Origin: Macrostomum lignano
Taxonomy: Eukaryota
Reading direction: 5' to 3'
Assembly: GCA_002269645.1 (NCBI GenBank)
Contig: NIVC01003338.1
Span: 39,449 to 103,448, forward strand
Length of the DNA stretch: 64,000 bases
The notes beneath the pieces are model-generated. The model searched no databases and was not told where the DNA came from. It worked only from the letters and a program-made list of their open reading frames with translations. Shown piece after piece: positions 46,401-58,334 of this stretch (position 1 is its first letter; each line of letters begins with the position of its first letter). Both the position numbers and the translations under genes were made by a program.

Positions 46401-47164
46401 CCTGTCCTCCCTTCTGTCTCTCTTCTCTTCACTCAAATTTCCTGTTGTTCTTCATTTTCTTTAGTCATGGCGTATCGCGCAGCGCAAGTGCCGCAACGCC
46501 CCAGCAGCAGGCGGCCAGTCTGGCAAGACTCTGTCGCTGTATTGCCAAAATCTGCCAACTCTAAAGAAATCCTGCAGGGCAAATTGTTGTGCATTTTTTA
46601 TCCCCAATTCCCCCCCCCCAGCCAGCCATAAACCACAGGCCACAGGTGATGCCCGCTCCAAATCCGGGGAGCCCGCGGCAGAACCAACTTTCCGCTGCGC
46701 AAAGGGCCCTCGGCCCATGCGCCGGGTTGCTAGGGGGAAATCGGGGATAATGAAATATGGGATGCTGCGCCGGCCAGGCAGGGGGAACCCGGCCAAAATG
46801 GCAGGGAAATCAAAAGAACAAAGAACAGGGGAGGCAGGCAGAAATTGGCCCTCTTGGCGGGCGCAGTGCAAGTTTTACGGCTGCAGGTCGGGGCCTCCCC
46901 CGCCACCCCCACAGCGGCTGCACCAGCTGATGGTCTGTCGGGAGACTGGAGGGTCAGGCCGGGGGACGCCGAAAACTACTAGAGACCTGGACTGGACCCC
47001 GAGCACCGCAAATGCATGTTTGCTTCAACTTTGGGCTAATTATTGTAAAGTCTTCCCGCACGGACTTAAAGTTTTATTTTTTGGAAAATTCAGCATATTG
47101 CAGCGTTGAAACTTTGAAACTTCGCCAATTGTAAGATAAAAAATCAGGAAGGAAATTCTTTGGG

Positions 47165-47395
47165 ATCCAGAATCTCATTCTGGGACTCCCTGGCCTTCCG
47201 CTCCAGAATCTCTCTCTGGGACTCCCGCTCCAGGATCTCTCTCTGGGACTCCCTGGCCTTCCTCTCCAGAATCTCTCTCTGGGACTCCCTGGCCTTCCTC
47301 TCCAGAATCATCTCACTCTGGGATTCCTCTCCAGAATCTCTCTCTGGGACTCCCTGGCCTTCCGTTCCAGAATCTCTTTCTGAGAATCCCTGGTC
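47165..47395. repeat. ~25-33-bp minisatellite
   Basis: CTCCAGAATCTCTCTCTGGGACTCCCTGGCCTT. Confidence 0.85.
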
Positions 47396-48064
47396 AGCGG
47401 CTGGCTGGGGATGCAGTTTTGCGCTCGTAAACACTTGGCGGATTCTGTGGGGAGGAGGGGCGAAGGAGGGGAGCGGGGCTTATCTTTATCTAATCCAGCT
47501 AGCAGCTCCGGCCTGACAGATCGGTGGCTTCGCCTCCTGCAGCCACCACCCCAGTGCGATCTGATGCACTCTACCTTAGCCACTGCCGAATAACTGCGGG
47601 ACTGTCTGACATTTTTTCATGCGCGGTTTTCTAATTGGAAGATTTTTCTCTCGCGTCCGACTGCTGGGTCGGTTTGGGGCAGAATTGGGAATTTCATTTG
47701 TTAATATTGGCCCAGGTTGCGATTCTTGTGCTGATCGCCCTTTAGCCAGTCTGCGCGGGGGGCTCTCACACCGATAAGGTGGCTGGCTACATCAGTTTTG
47801 CCAAGCCATTTCTTCTTGGAAATTCCAAATTAAAAAACAGCATCAACTGAAAGTAAAACTTACCTGATGGTGACTCAGTTTATGTTTATGACCAAAGGCA
47901 ATCTGGTCAAAAACTCACTTTCTGCTCAAGGAGAATTCCAATACCATTAACTTTATGTAGCTCTGTCTTTGTGTAATTTTTACCTGCGACTTTCTCATTT
48001 CAGACAATCCGCAGGCCGAGCTTCTCTGCACTGGCCAGTTGGTCTGGCCGTGACTCGCTCTGTG

Positions 48065-48505
48065 AGTGCTGGTGGGGTCAGGAGCTTTGGGGGGCAGTGC
48101 TGGTGGGGTCAGGAGCTTTGTGGGGCAGTGCTGGTGGGGACAGGAGCTTTGTGGGGCAGTGCTGGTGGGGTCAGGAGCTTTGGGGGGCAGTGCTGGTGGG
48201 ATCAGGAGCTTTGGGGGCAGTGCTGGTGGGGTCAGGAGCTTTGTGGGGTCAGGAGCTTTGTGGGGCAGTGCTGGTGGGGTCAGGAGCTTTGGGGGGCAGT
48301 GCTGGTGGGATCAGGAGCTTTGGGGGGCAGTGCTGGTGGGGTCAGGAGCTTTGTGGGGTCAGGAGCTTTGTGGGGCAGTGCTGGTGGGGTCAGGAGCTTT
48401 GTGGGGCAGTGCTGGTGGGGTCAGGAGCTTTGTGGGGTCAGGAGCTTTGTGGGGCAGTGCTGGTGGGGTCAGGAGCTTTGTGGGGTCAGGAGCTTTGTGA
48501 GGCAG
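48065..48505. repeat. G-rich ~17/31-bp minisatellite
   Basis: GGGGTCAGGAGCTTTGTGGGGCAGTGCTGGT. Confidence 0.9.
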
Positions 48506-48895
48506 TGCCGGTAGGGTCAGGAGCTCAAATGCCTCGTCGCAAGTAGCTGGAGCATAATCCCATAGCTACTACTCACTGTGAGTAGCGCATTTAGGCCGCA
48601 GCCCGCCCTGTCAATTGCAGCCAGCCGCAGCAGCTGCAGCACGAAATCAATTTCTGCAACGGGACCGGCTCGACGGTCTCTTGCGAACTCTGACGAGATA
48701 GTTCAGTTTTTATGGTTTTTTGATTCAACATTTTGTCTCTATTATTTGTTTGTTTCCAGTCTGTCTCACCTCATCAGTCCCAGACTCCCTCAAGCCAATG
48801 CGCCCCTGACTGGGAATAATTCTGATTGAATCGCCTGTACATTTTCAATGTGTTCCCTACTCCAGTTTGCTGCTTGTATAAGATGGTGAAAAATA

Positions 48896-48969
48896 GGCTA
48901 AACTGGGAATCGAACCCGGGACCTGCAGCTCATAAGAACGATGCGATTGACCTCTCGGCCACGGCTACC
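48896..48969 (-). pseudogene. tRNA-like element (pseudo-tRNA or isolated SINE head)
   Basis: A box TGGCCGAGAGG, B box GGTTCGATTCC, 74 nt, followed by TTTTT. Acceptor and anticodon stems pair poorly. Confidence 0.6.
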
Positions 48970-49014
48970 CGCTTTGACAAAGCGTTGCAGTTGCTTATTT
49001 GATGAGCGCAGCTG

Positions 49015-50972
49015 CGTCCAGCGAGGAGAGGGGGGGCGGCAGCCGGAGTCACCCCATCTCAGCCCATCCGCCCCGCTGCCCAGTGAGTAGAGGGGGGGGG
49101 CGGCAGCCGGAGTCACCCTATCTCAGCCCATCCGCCCGCTGCCCAGTGAGTAGAGGGGGGCGGCAGCCGGAGTCACCCCATCTCAGCCCATCCGCCCCGC
49201 TGCCCAGTGAGTAGAGGGGGGGCGGCAGCCGGAGTCACCCCATCTCAGCCCATCCGCCCCGCTGCCCAGTGAGTAGAGGGGGGGGGGGGTCGGCAGCCGG
49301 AGTGACCCCATCTCAGCCCATCCGCCCCGCTGCCCAGTGAGAAAAGGGGGGGGGGCGGCAGCCGGAGTCACCCCATCTCAGCCCATCCGCCCCGCTGCCC
49401 AGTGAGTAGAGGGGGGGGCGGCAGCCGGAGTCACCCCATCTCAGCCCATCCGCCCCGCTGCCCAGTGAGTAGAGGGGGGGCGGCAGCCGGAGTCACCCCA
49501 TCTCAGCCCATCCGCCCCGCTGCCCAGTGAGTAGAGGGGGGGGGCGGCAGCCGGAGTCACCCCATCTCAGCCCATCCGCCCCGCTGCCCAGTGAGTAGAG
49601 GGGGGGGGCGGCAGCCGGAGTCACCCCATCTCAGCCCATCCGCCCCGCTGCCCAGTGAGTAGAGGGGGGGGCGGCAGCCGGAGTCACCCCATCTCAGCCC
49701 ATCCGCCCCGCTGCCCAGTGAGTAGAGGGGGGGCGGCAGCCGGAGTCACCCCATCTCAGCCCATCCGCCCCGCTGCCCAGTGAGAAAAGGGGGGGCGGCT
49801 GCCGGAGTCACCCCATCTCAGCCCATCCGCCCCGCTGCCCAGTGAGTAGAGGGGGGGGCGGCAGCCGGAGTCACCCCATCTCAGCCCATCCGCCCCGCTG
49901 CCCAGTGAGAAAAGGGGGGGCGGCTGCCGGAGTCACCCCATCTCAGCCCATCCGCCCCGCTGCCCAGTGAGTAGAGGGGGGGTGCGGCAGCCGGAGTCAC
50001 CCCATCTCAGCCCATCCGCCCCGCTGCCCAGTGAGTAGAGGGGGGGGCGGCAGCCGGAGTCACCCCATCTCAGCCCATCCGCCCCGCTGCCCAGTGAGAA
50101 AAGGGGGCGCGGCAGCCGGAGTCACCCCATCTCAGCCCATCCGCCCCGCTGCCCAGTGAGTAGAGGGCGGGGGCGGCAGCCGGAGTCACCCCATCTCAGC
50201 CCATCCGCCCCGCTGCCCAGTGAGAAAAGGGGGAGGCGGCTGCCGGAGTCACCCCATCTCAGCCCATCCGCCCCGCTGCCCAGTGAGTAGAGGGGGGGGC
50301 GGCAGCCGGAGTCACCCTATCTCAGCCCATCCGCCCCGCTGCCCAGTGAGAAAAGGGGGGGGCGGCAGCCGGAGTCACCCCATCTCAGCCCATCCGCCCC
50401 GCTGCCCAGTGAGAAAAGGGGGGGCGGCAGCCGGAGTCACCCCATCTCAGCCCATCCGCCCCGCTGCCCAGTGAGAAAAGGGGGGGGGTCGGCAGCCGGA
50501 GTCACCCCATCTCAGCCCATCCGCCCCGCTGCCCAGTGAGAAAAGGGGGGGGGGCGGCAGCCGGAGTCACCCCATCTCAGCCCATCCGCCCCGCTGCCCA
50601 GTGAGTAGAGGGGGGGCGGCAGCCGGAGTCACCCATCTCAGCCCATCCGCCCCGCTGCCCAGTGAGAAAAGGGGGGCGGCTGCCGGAGTCACCCCATCTC
50701 AGCCCATCCGCCCCGCTGCCCAGTGAGTAGAGGGGGGCGGCAGCCGGAGTCACCCCATCTCAGCCCATCCGCCCCGCTGCCCAGTGAGTAGAGGGGGGGG
50801 CGGCAGCCGGAGTCACCCCATCTCAGCCCATCCGCCCCGCTGCCCAGTGAGTAGAGGGGGGGGGGCGGCAGCCGGAGTCACCCCATCTCAGCCCATCCGC
50901 CCCGCTGCCCAGTGAGGAGGGGGGGGGGGGCGGCAGCCGGAGTCACCCCATCTCAGCCCATCCGCCCCACTG
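49015..50972. repeat. ~60-64-bp GC-rich minisatellite with a variable G-run
   Basis: GGCAGCCGGAGTCACCCCATCTCAGCCCATCCGCCCCGCTGCCCAGTGAG(TAGA/AAAA)G(n). Confidence 0.95.
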
Positions 50973-51914
50973 CCCGTTCGCGCCTCCTCCAGTCTACTCA
51001 AGCTTTTTTGTCGCTGTCTGTGTATACGTGTTCCAGAAAAAGTTATTGTGAAAATTTGTTAGGAACAATATAATTGCTTTTTTTATTATTTTCCTCCGTT
51101 GCGTATTTCCTTGTGGCAGAGGGGGGATTTGGGTGAGACTCTCTGCATATTTTTTCAGTTGTTGCAGAAAGAACACAGAAAAGTTTTAAAGGTCTTGAGA
51201 ACTTTTTACTATAATTTTTTGTCATTTTTCAAACTGTCGAAAGATTTTTGCCGTTTGTTTATTCTGTTTGGCCTCAGCTTTTGTTGCAAAGCTCATGAGA
51301 AGGAAATTTTCATTTTTCCAGCACGAAAGCTGCCTGCATGGTGGCTGGTGCTCAAACTCATCAGGCGCAAATGGGGCAAACTGGCTCAATCACAGCTCTT
51401 GCGAGATACAAAAACTTAGTGACAGAAATGGCAATTTTTGCAAAGCCGTGAAAGTTTTCTTTTGGAGTTCTGGAGTAAAAGCTGAGCCTGATTATTAGAA
51501 CTTGAAGACGGCAGTCCGCGGTGTTGGCGACCAATGCGTTGTATTTGTAGCTGCACTTCAATACCTTTTCACTGTTTAATTCGTGTGAACTTTGTTGAAA
51601 GGCTCGCTGAAGTTTCAGCAGGTGTTTCTCGTCTAATCAGTCCGACTCGCTCGTCCCACGTTTTTGTCTTTTGAATTTTATTTGACTGAAAACTTTTCTG
51701 TCGTGAGTCCTGCAGCTCGATTCACCACGGCTGCCCGGCAACTGAGTTTTGTGTCTCTATACTCGTGCAGATTAAATAAATTTGCTTCTCAAATCCATCA
51801 GACCTGATTCAGAGCGATTATAGAGTCTGAAACACAACTGAAAAAGCTTTCTGACTTCAACTTTTATTGAAAAATGCTTCACAATGGCTTATTGGGACAT
51901 GGCTCTTGTGAAGA

Positions 51915-52348
51915 GAGGATCCGCCAGTCCCGGGTGAGGAATCCGCCAGTCCCGAGTGAGGAATCCGCCAGTCCCGGGTGAGGAATCCGCCAGTCCCGGG
52001 TGAGGAATCCGCCAGTCCCGGGTGAGGAATCCGCCAGTCCCGGGTGAGGAATCCGCCAGTCCCGGGTGAGGAATCCGCCAGTCCCGGGTGAGGAATCCGC
52101 CAGTCCCGGGTGAGGAATCCGCCAGTCCCGGGTGAGGAATCCGCCAGTCCCGGGTGAGGAATCCGCCAGTCCCGGGTGAGGAATCCGCCAGTCCCGAGTT
52201 AGGAATCCGCCAGTCCCGGGTGAGGAATCCGCCAGTCCCGGGTGAGGAATCCGCCAGTCCCGGGTGAGGAATCCGCCAGTCCCGGGTGAGGAATCCGCCA
52301 GTCCCGGGTGAGGAATCCGCCAGTCCCGGGTGAGGAATCCGCCAGTCC
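51915..52348. repeat. 22-bp minisatellite
   Basis: GAGGAATCCGCCAGTCCCGGGT. Confidence 0.95.
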
Positions 52349-52991
52349 AAAAGGAAGAATCCGCCAGAGAAATAAAAATTCTCTTAATTAGTTCGGATAA
52401 ATTAGGCAGGTTAGTGGCAGGTGCAAGCGCTAACAACTCAGAGCTTTTCAGCCAAGCTGCCACCTGCACCTACTTGTTATCCGCACTTGTCTCCAGTGGA
52501 TGCTGTGGTCTCTCTGCTCAGCATTTGGAACAATTTCGTGGGAACTGAGTCAATGCGATAAACCTCTAACATGACAGACGCGGATGATTGACAGTGTGAA
52601 CTCTTGACATCTGTCACACCGGCTGCAATCCACATGCCATTCCTGGCACTACAGAAAACATCATTGATCAGAAAACAACATCAATTATATTAGGGTAGAA
52701 ACTGCTCACATTACTTTGCACGTATGTATGGTTCTACAGTACTCAATGTATGATTATCTTTGGAGCCCGGCGCGAGCTCAGATGACAAATTCTTTCAATT
52801 TTTCCTACAGTGGAAAACGACCTATGAACGTAGAAGCTCGAATCCCGAGTGATTGCGTAATGACTGAAGCAGAGCGTGAAGGACGAAGGCCGCATTCATT
52901 TGAGGCAATTGTGCCCGAAAATTTGTCGATGGGTTGTCGTGGGTAAACCACCATTGAGGGCCATCCTCCCCACAAGCACAGAGAACGTACA

Positions 52992-53620
52992 AGCCTGACG
53001 ATTAGAAAGTCACAAGCCTGACGATTAGAAAGTCACAAGCCTGACGATTAGAAAGTCACAAGCCTGACGATTAGAAAGTCACAAGCCTGACGATTAGAAA
53101 GTCACAAGCCTGACGATTAGAAAGTCACAAGCCTGACGATTAGAAAGTCACAAGCCTGACGATTAGAAAGTCACAAGCCTGACGATTAGAAAGTCACAAG
53201 CCTGACGATTAGAAAGTCACAAGCCTGACGATTAGAAAGTCACAAGCCTGACGATTAGAAAGTCACAAGCCTGACGATTAGAAAGTCACAAGCCTGACGA
53301 TTAGAAAGTCACAAGCCTGACGATTAGAAAGTCACAAGCCTGACGATTAGAAAGTCACAAGCCTGACGATTAGAAAGTCACAAGCCGGACGATTAGAAAG
53401 TCACAAGTCTGACGATTAGAAAGTCACAAACCTGACGATTAGAAAGTCACAAGCCTGACGATTAGAAAGTCACAAGCCTGACGATTAGAAATTCACAAGC
53501 CTGACGATTAGAAAGTCACAAGCCTGACAATAAGAAAGTCACAAGCCTGACGATTAGAAAGTCACAAGCCTGACGATTAGAAAGTCACAAGCCTGACAAT
53601 TAGAAAGTCACAAGCCTGAA
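52992..53620. repeat. 23-bp minisatellite
   Basis: CAAGCCTGACGATTAGAAAGTCA. Confidence 0.95.
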
Positions 53621-54038
53621 GGCGTTGTGCCAGGGTGCATACAGCCCTTACTGCAAATATCTAGATATTATCATTAGTATTGATAAAAGCAAACTAACTC
53701 ATGATGCATAGCACGAGCTACCTTCAGTTGATTCTCTGCTTTTGGACCCAAGATCAACTCCAAGTCACGTTCTGTACAGCAGCCCCGATTTCCCCGTCAT
53801 CAACGTACGCCCGAATCGCACAAGCCTCAGGCCAGGATTTCGCTGACCCACGAATCAACGTAGCCGCGCTCGAAAATTTGCCCACCCTGTTGCATTGCGG
53901 ATGCCGCTCGTGAGGCTCTGCAGAAAGCTCTGCTCCCCTCCAACCGACCAATCGCAGAGAAGATTGTATAGCAAGAAAAAGATATATACGTGAACACCTG
54001 CTTGCATCCATCAGCGACCGTGTTATCGCAGTAAACGC

Positions 54039-55409
54039 ATGATGACCTACACAGCTTGCTTCATCCTGATGGCTGTGGCAGCCGCAGGTGCAACCAGCAG
54101 CTCCGGTACCAGCACCAAGGTTGTTTTTCAAAAAGTATCCAAATGCCCAACTGACAGCTCAAGCCTCATCCAGCTGAGACGCCTCGAAGGCCTTCGAGAC
54201 CTTCGGGCCTGCTTTATCGAGTGCGCCTCCGACAAAAGCTGCTCCGTGCTGCACAGAGCTTTGGACCTGGACTCCGTGTGCTACTTCGGTACCGCTGAGC
54301 AGCTGGGAACTCTGTTTGTGGAGTCTGCGGCACCTGGGTGCGTCAGCCACGTCAGGATCTCAAACTGGACTACCGGAGACCAAGGAACCACAGCAGCTTC
54401 TGGGGCGTCCGATGCTTCAATGGTAACAACCGCTCCGACAACAACCTCTCCGACAACAACCTCTCCGACAACAACCTCTCCGACAACAACCGCTCCGACA
54501 ACAACCGCTCCGACAACAACCACTCCGACAACCTCTCCGACAACAGCCTCTCCGACAACAACCGCTCCGACAACAACCGCTCCGACAACAACCGCTCCGA
54601 CAACAACCGCTCCGACAACCTCTCCGACAACAGCCTCTCCGACAACAACCGCTCTGACAACAACCGCTCCGAGTATGACCTCTCCAGACACTGTGAATGC
54701 AGCAAAGTCTGCTACATCTGCGGCTACTGCCGTCAGCCTCAGCTCCGCCCTGCTCTCGAAGCTACTCATCCTGTTCGACTTCCGCAAAGGATTCAAAAAC
54801 GTCGTCGATCCCTCAAAGTACGTAGCGACTCCTCGAGGCTCGATAACCAGAGACGAACGAGGCGCCCACTTTCCCGGAGGCAGCTCTAACTTCATCGATG
54901 TCGACACAGACGGCGGCGCTCTCGGCACCAACTACCTGGACCATCCGAGGAACTTCACCTTCTTCGCCAGGGTGATCAGACGCACCTACTACCAGCAGAG
55001 CTACCACTTCTTCCACGACTGCTCGGGTGTCTTCGTTGGAAGGTTCGGGGACCGCGGGGGCCGGCTGTGGGTGGAGCACCCGTTTCCCAGCCAGTCAACG
55101 TGGCCCAACTATCAGCAAACTCGCCAGTCCAGCGCGGCTCCGCTTTCAACCAGCAACGTTGCTCAGCTCGTGTCGTCCGCAGCCGTGTTCACCGGGAAGA
55201 GCCTCAGCACCTTCTACCTGAACCAGTCATTTCTGGCCGCTGACGCAGACCTGGAGTGGAGTAAGACAAAGGCGCCTCGGTGCCTGAGACTCGGCTTTGA
55301 CAGCAACTCTGAATACGTCCTCAGAGGCCGAATGGTTTGCTACGCAACTGCGAAGGCGGCTCTTGGCCTCTCGGAGCTGCGCGAGCTGGAGAACTTTTGC
55401 GCTAATTGA
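54039..55409 (+). CDS. intronless secreted protein: signal peptide, PAN/Apple-like domain, Thr-rich mucin repeats, LamG/ConA-like lectin domain (456 aa)
   Basis: Hydrophobic N-terminus; C-x3-C-x5-C motif (CFIECASDKSC); TTAPT/TTSPT 15-bp repeats at about 54423-54680; jelly-roll-like C-terminus (NFTFFARV...LRLG...LRGRMVCYATAKAALGLSELREL). Domain calls are by eye. Confidence 0.75.
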   Translation: MMTYTACFILMAVAAAGATSSSGTSTKVVFQKVSKCPTDSSSLIQLRRLEGLRDLRACFIECASDKSCSVLHRALDLDSVCYFGTAEQLGTLFVESAAPGCVSHVRISNWTTGDQGTTAASGASDASMVTTAPTTTSPTTTSPTTTSPTTTAPTTTAPTTTTPTTSPTTASPTTTAPTTTAPTTTAPTTTAPTTSPTTASPTTTALTTTAPSMTSPDTVNAAKSATSAATAVSLSSALLSKLLILFDFRKGFKNVVDPSKYVATPRGSITRDERGAHFPGGSSNFIDVDTDGGALGTNYLDHPRNFTFFARVIRRTYYQQSYHFFHDCSGVFVGRFGDRGGRLWVEHPFPSQSTWPNYQQTRQSSAAPLSTSNVAQLVSSAAVFTGKSLSTFYLNQSFLAADADLEWSKTKAPRCLRLGFDSNSEYVLRGRMVCYATAKAALGLSELRELENFCAN

Positions 55410-55832
55410 AGAAATCAATGCGTGGTTTTTTCATGACAGCCCGATAGGAATTTTGACTGTTGGTCTTAATCAAACCTAAAGTTTTAACAATGGGCCTCCC
55501 GCTGGCAGCACAGCTGCACGAGTCTCAAATAAACTCGAAGAAATTCTAATCGATTTCTGTTGCCACATCAACACCTTGGTGTCGCATATGCTGCAGCAGC
55601 TGCAGAAAATGGCTTTAAGGCTTTTTGATATTTAGCAATGTACCTAAGTTGGAAAATAAAACAGCAAGACGCTCCGTTACACTTCGTTACCTGCTGATCA
55701 TGTAGCCGGCGAAACCTTTGATCGATTTTGACCATAGACAACAGAGTGTGACCACAGAATGCACGGAATGATGAAATTCTACGAGCTACTTCTTAGCAAA
55801 GCTTTTAATAAGACTCTTATTGGTAGGCAGAA

Positions 55833-56105
55833 AGACAAACAGACCACTAAGACAAACAGACCACTAAGACAGACAGACCACTAAGACAAACAGACCACTA
55901 AGACAAACAGACCACTAAGACAAACAGACCACTAAGACAAACAGACTACTAAGACAGACAGACCACTAAGACAAACAGACCACTAAGACAAACAGACCAC
56001 TAAGACAAACAGACCACTAAGACAAACAGACTACTAAGACAGACAGACCACTAAGACAAACAGACTACTAAGACAAACTGACCACTAAGACAAACAGACA
56101 AACAG
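55833..56105. repeat. 17-bp minisatellite
   Basis: TAAGACAAACAGACCAC. Confidence 0.92.
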
Positions 56106-56226
56106 GTATCTAGGTATGCGATCGGTTTCAGAAAAAACGGCCAAAGCTGGCAGCACAGCACAGGTCATCCCCAAAGCCACCCACAGCTTGCACGAGTCTA
56201 GAATAATCTCTAATAAATTCTGACAA

Positions 56227-57220
<994 letters not shown>

Positions 57221-58334
57221 GACCCAGCAAACTCATGAATTTGCCTCTGCCTTGACTATGCGTTGCAATCAAATTTCATGGGCATATTTTACTCCAGCAG
57301 TTATTGACTGCTTCGCAGGGCTTTCTAGAATTTAGACAAGTCATTTTAGCTCTTAGAAAATAGTATATCCAATCTTCATTTATCCATTTTCCACTGTTTG
57401 TCAATTTCCGCACTAAATTTACTTTGCGGAACCTGATCTGGATACTGCAGTTGCCACCCATGCAGTCTTATAACGAATTGTAGATAAAATTGTGCAAATT
57501 CCATTAGAATTAAGAGTCAGTTTTTCCCAATCCAAACCCAGGTTAGGCTTTACTATTTGAGCAAAATTCAGATCCGGTTGGGAAACTCAAACAAGCAATC
57601 TAAATTCATAGCAGCTACCTTACTAATTGTGAGAGTTGGCCTCCGGCATCTGGCTGGTGCGACATGCAAACACGGACCATGGCAACTGCAAACTCTGATA
57701 TTTAACACCAAAGTGGAGAATCTGTCCTTAATTGAATTTAAAGTAGAGACTGCTAAATGTTTAACCACATTTGGCTAATCATTTTTTACTCGTCAGTCAA
57801 TAAACGCTTGATATTCTGATAAGCTCTCCGATATTTCGTATATTCCTGCTCTCTGATTGGAAATCAACGTCTTCATTGGTTACATGGATTCGTTGCCTAA
57901 ACGGCACGGGGACCCTGCGAAACGCTGTGGCTCATTGGAGAGTTGCTGAGATGCCAAGGCTCCTGGGGGGATTGCTGATAGTTCAGGGCTTACGGAGCTG
58001 CTTAAATGTTGAGGCTGAAGGTTTATACGGGAGTTGCTAAGATGCTAAGACTCACGTATAGTGTTAGGATTAGGGTTTAGGCCGGGTCAGTTTTGGGGTT
58101 AGGTTTAGGGTTCAAATCATAGAATCTACCTATGAAATCTACCTACCAAACGCCTACTCTTCTGATATACTAAAATATACTAAAGTATACTAAATCTAAA
58201 ATAATCGTCAAGAGAAAAAACTGACAGTGATTATTGCACTGGATGAGACATGGATTATTGTAATAGCTTTGCTGTGTGTTGCGTATAACATGGGTGACTT
58301 TAGCATCACTTTAATCAAACAGACTTTTGCAAAG

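Noticed and set aside
48896-48969. Functional tRNA gene
   Set aside because: The acceptor stem pairs at only about 4 of 7 positions, the anticodon stem is mismatched and the anticodon is ambiguous. Kept only as a tRNA-like element.
16960-53620. Regular 20-33-bp repeat arrays as CRISPR arrays
   Set aside because: Units are head-to-tail with no unique spacers, there are no cas genes, and the context is spliced eukaryotic genes.
54281-54931. Antisense and alternate-frame ORFs over the mucin repeat ((SERLL)n, (SDNN)n, (VVGAV)n)
   Set aside because: By-products of the 15-bp repeat; only the 456-aa frame has a signal peptide and flanking domains.
58055-58115. Interstitial telomere (TTAGGG-like)
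   Set aside because: Only a few degenerate, non-contiguous units; too short to support.
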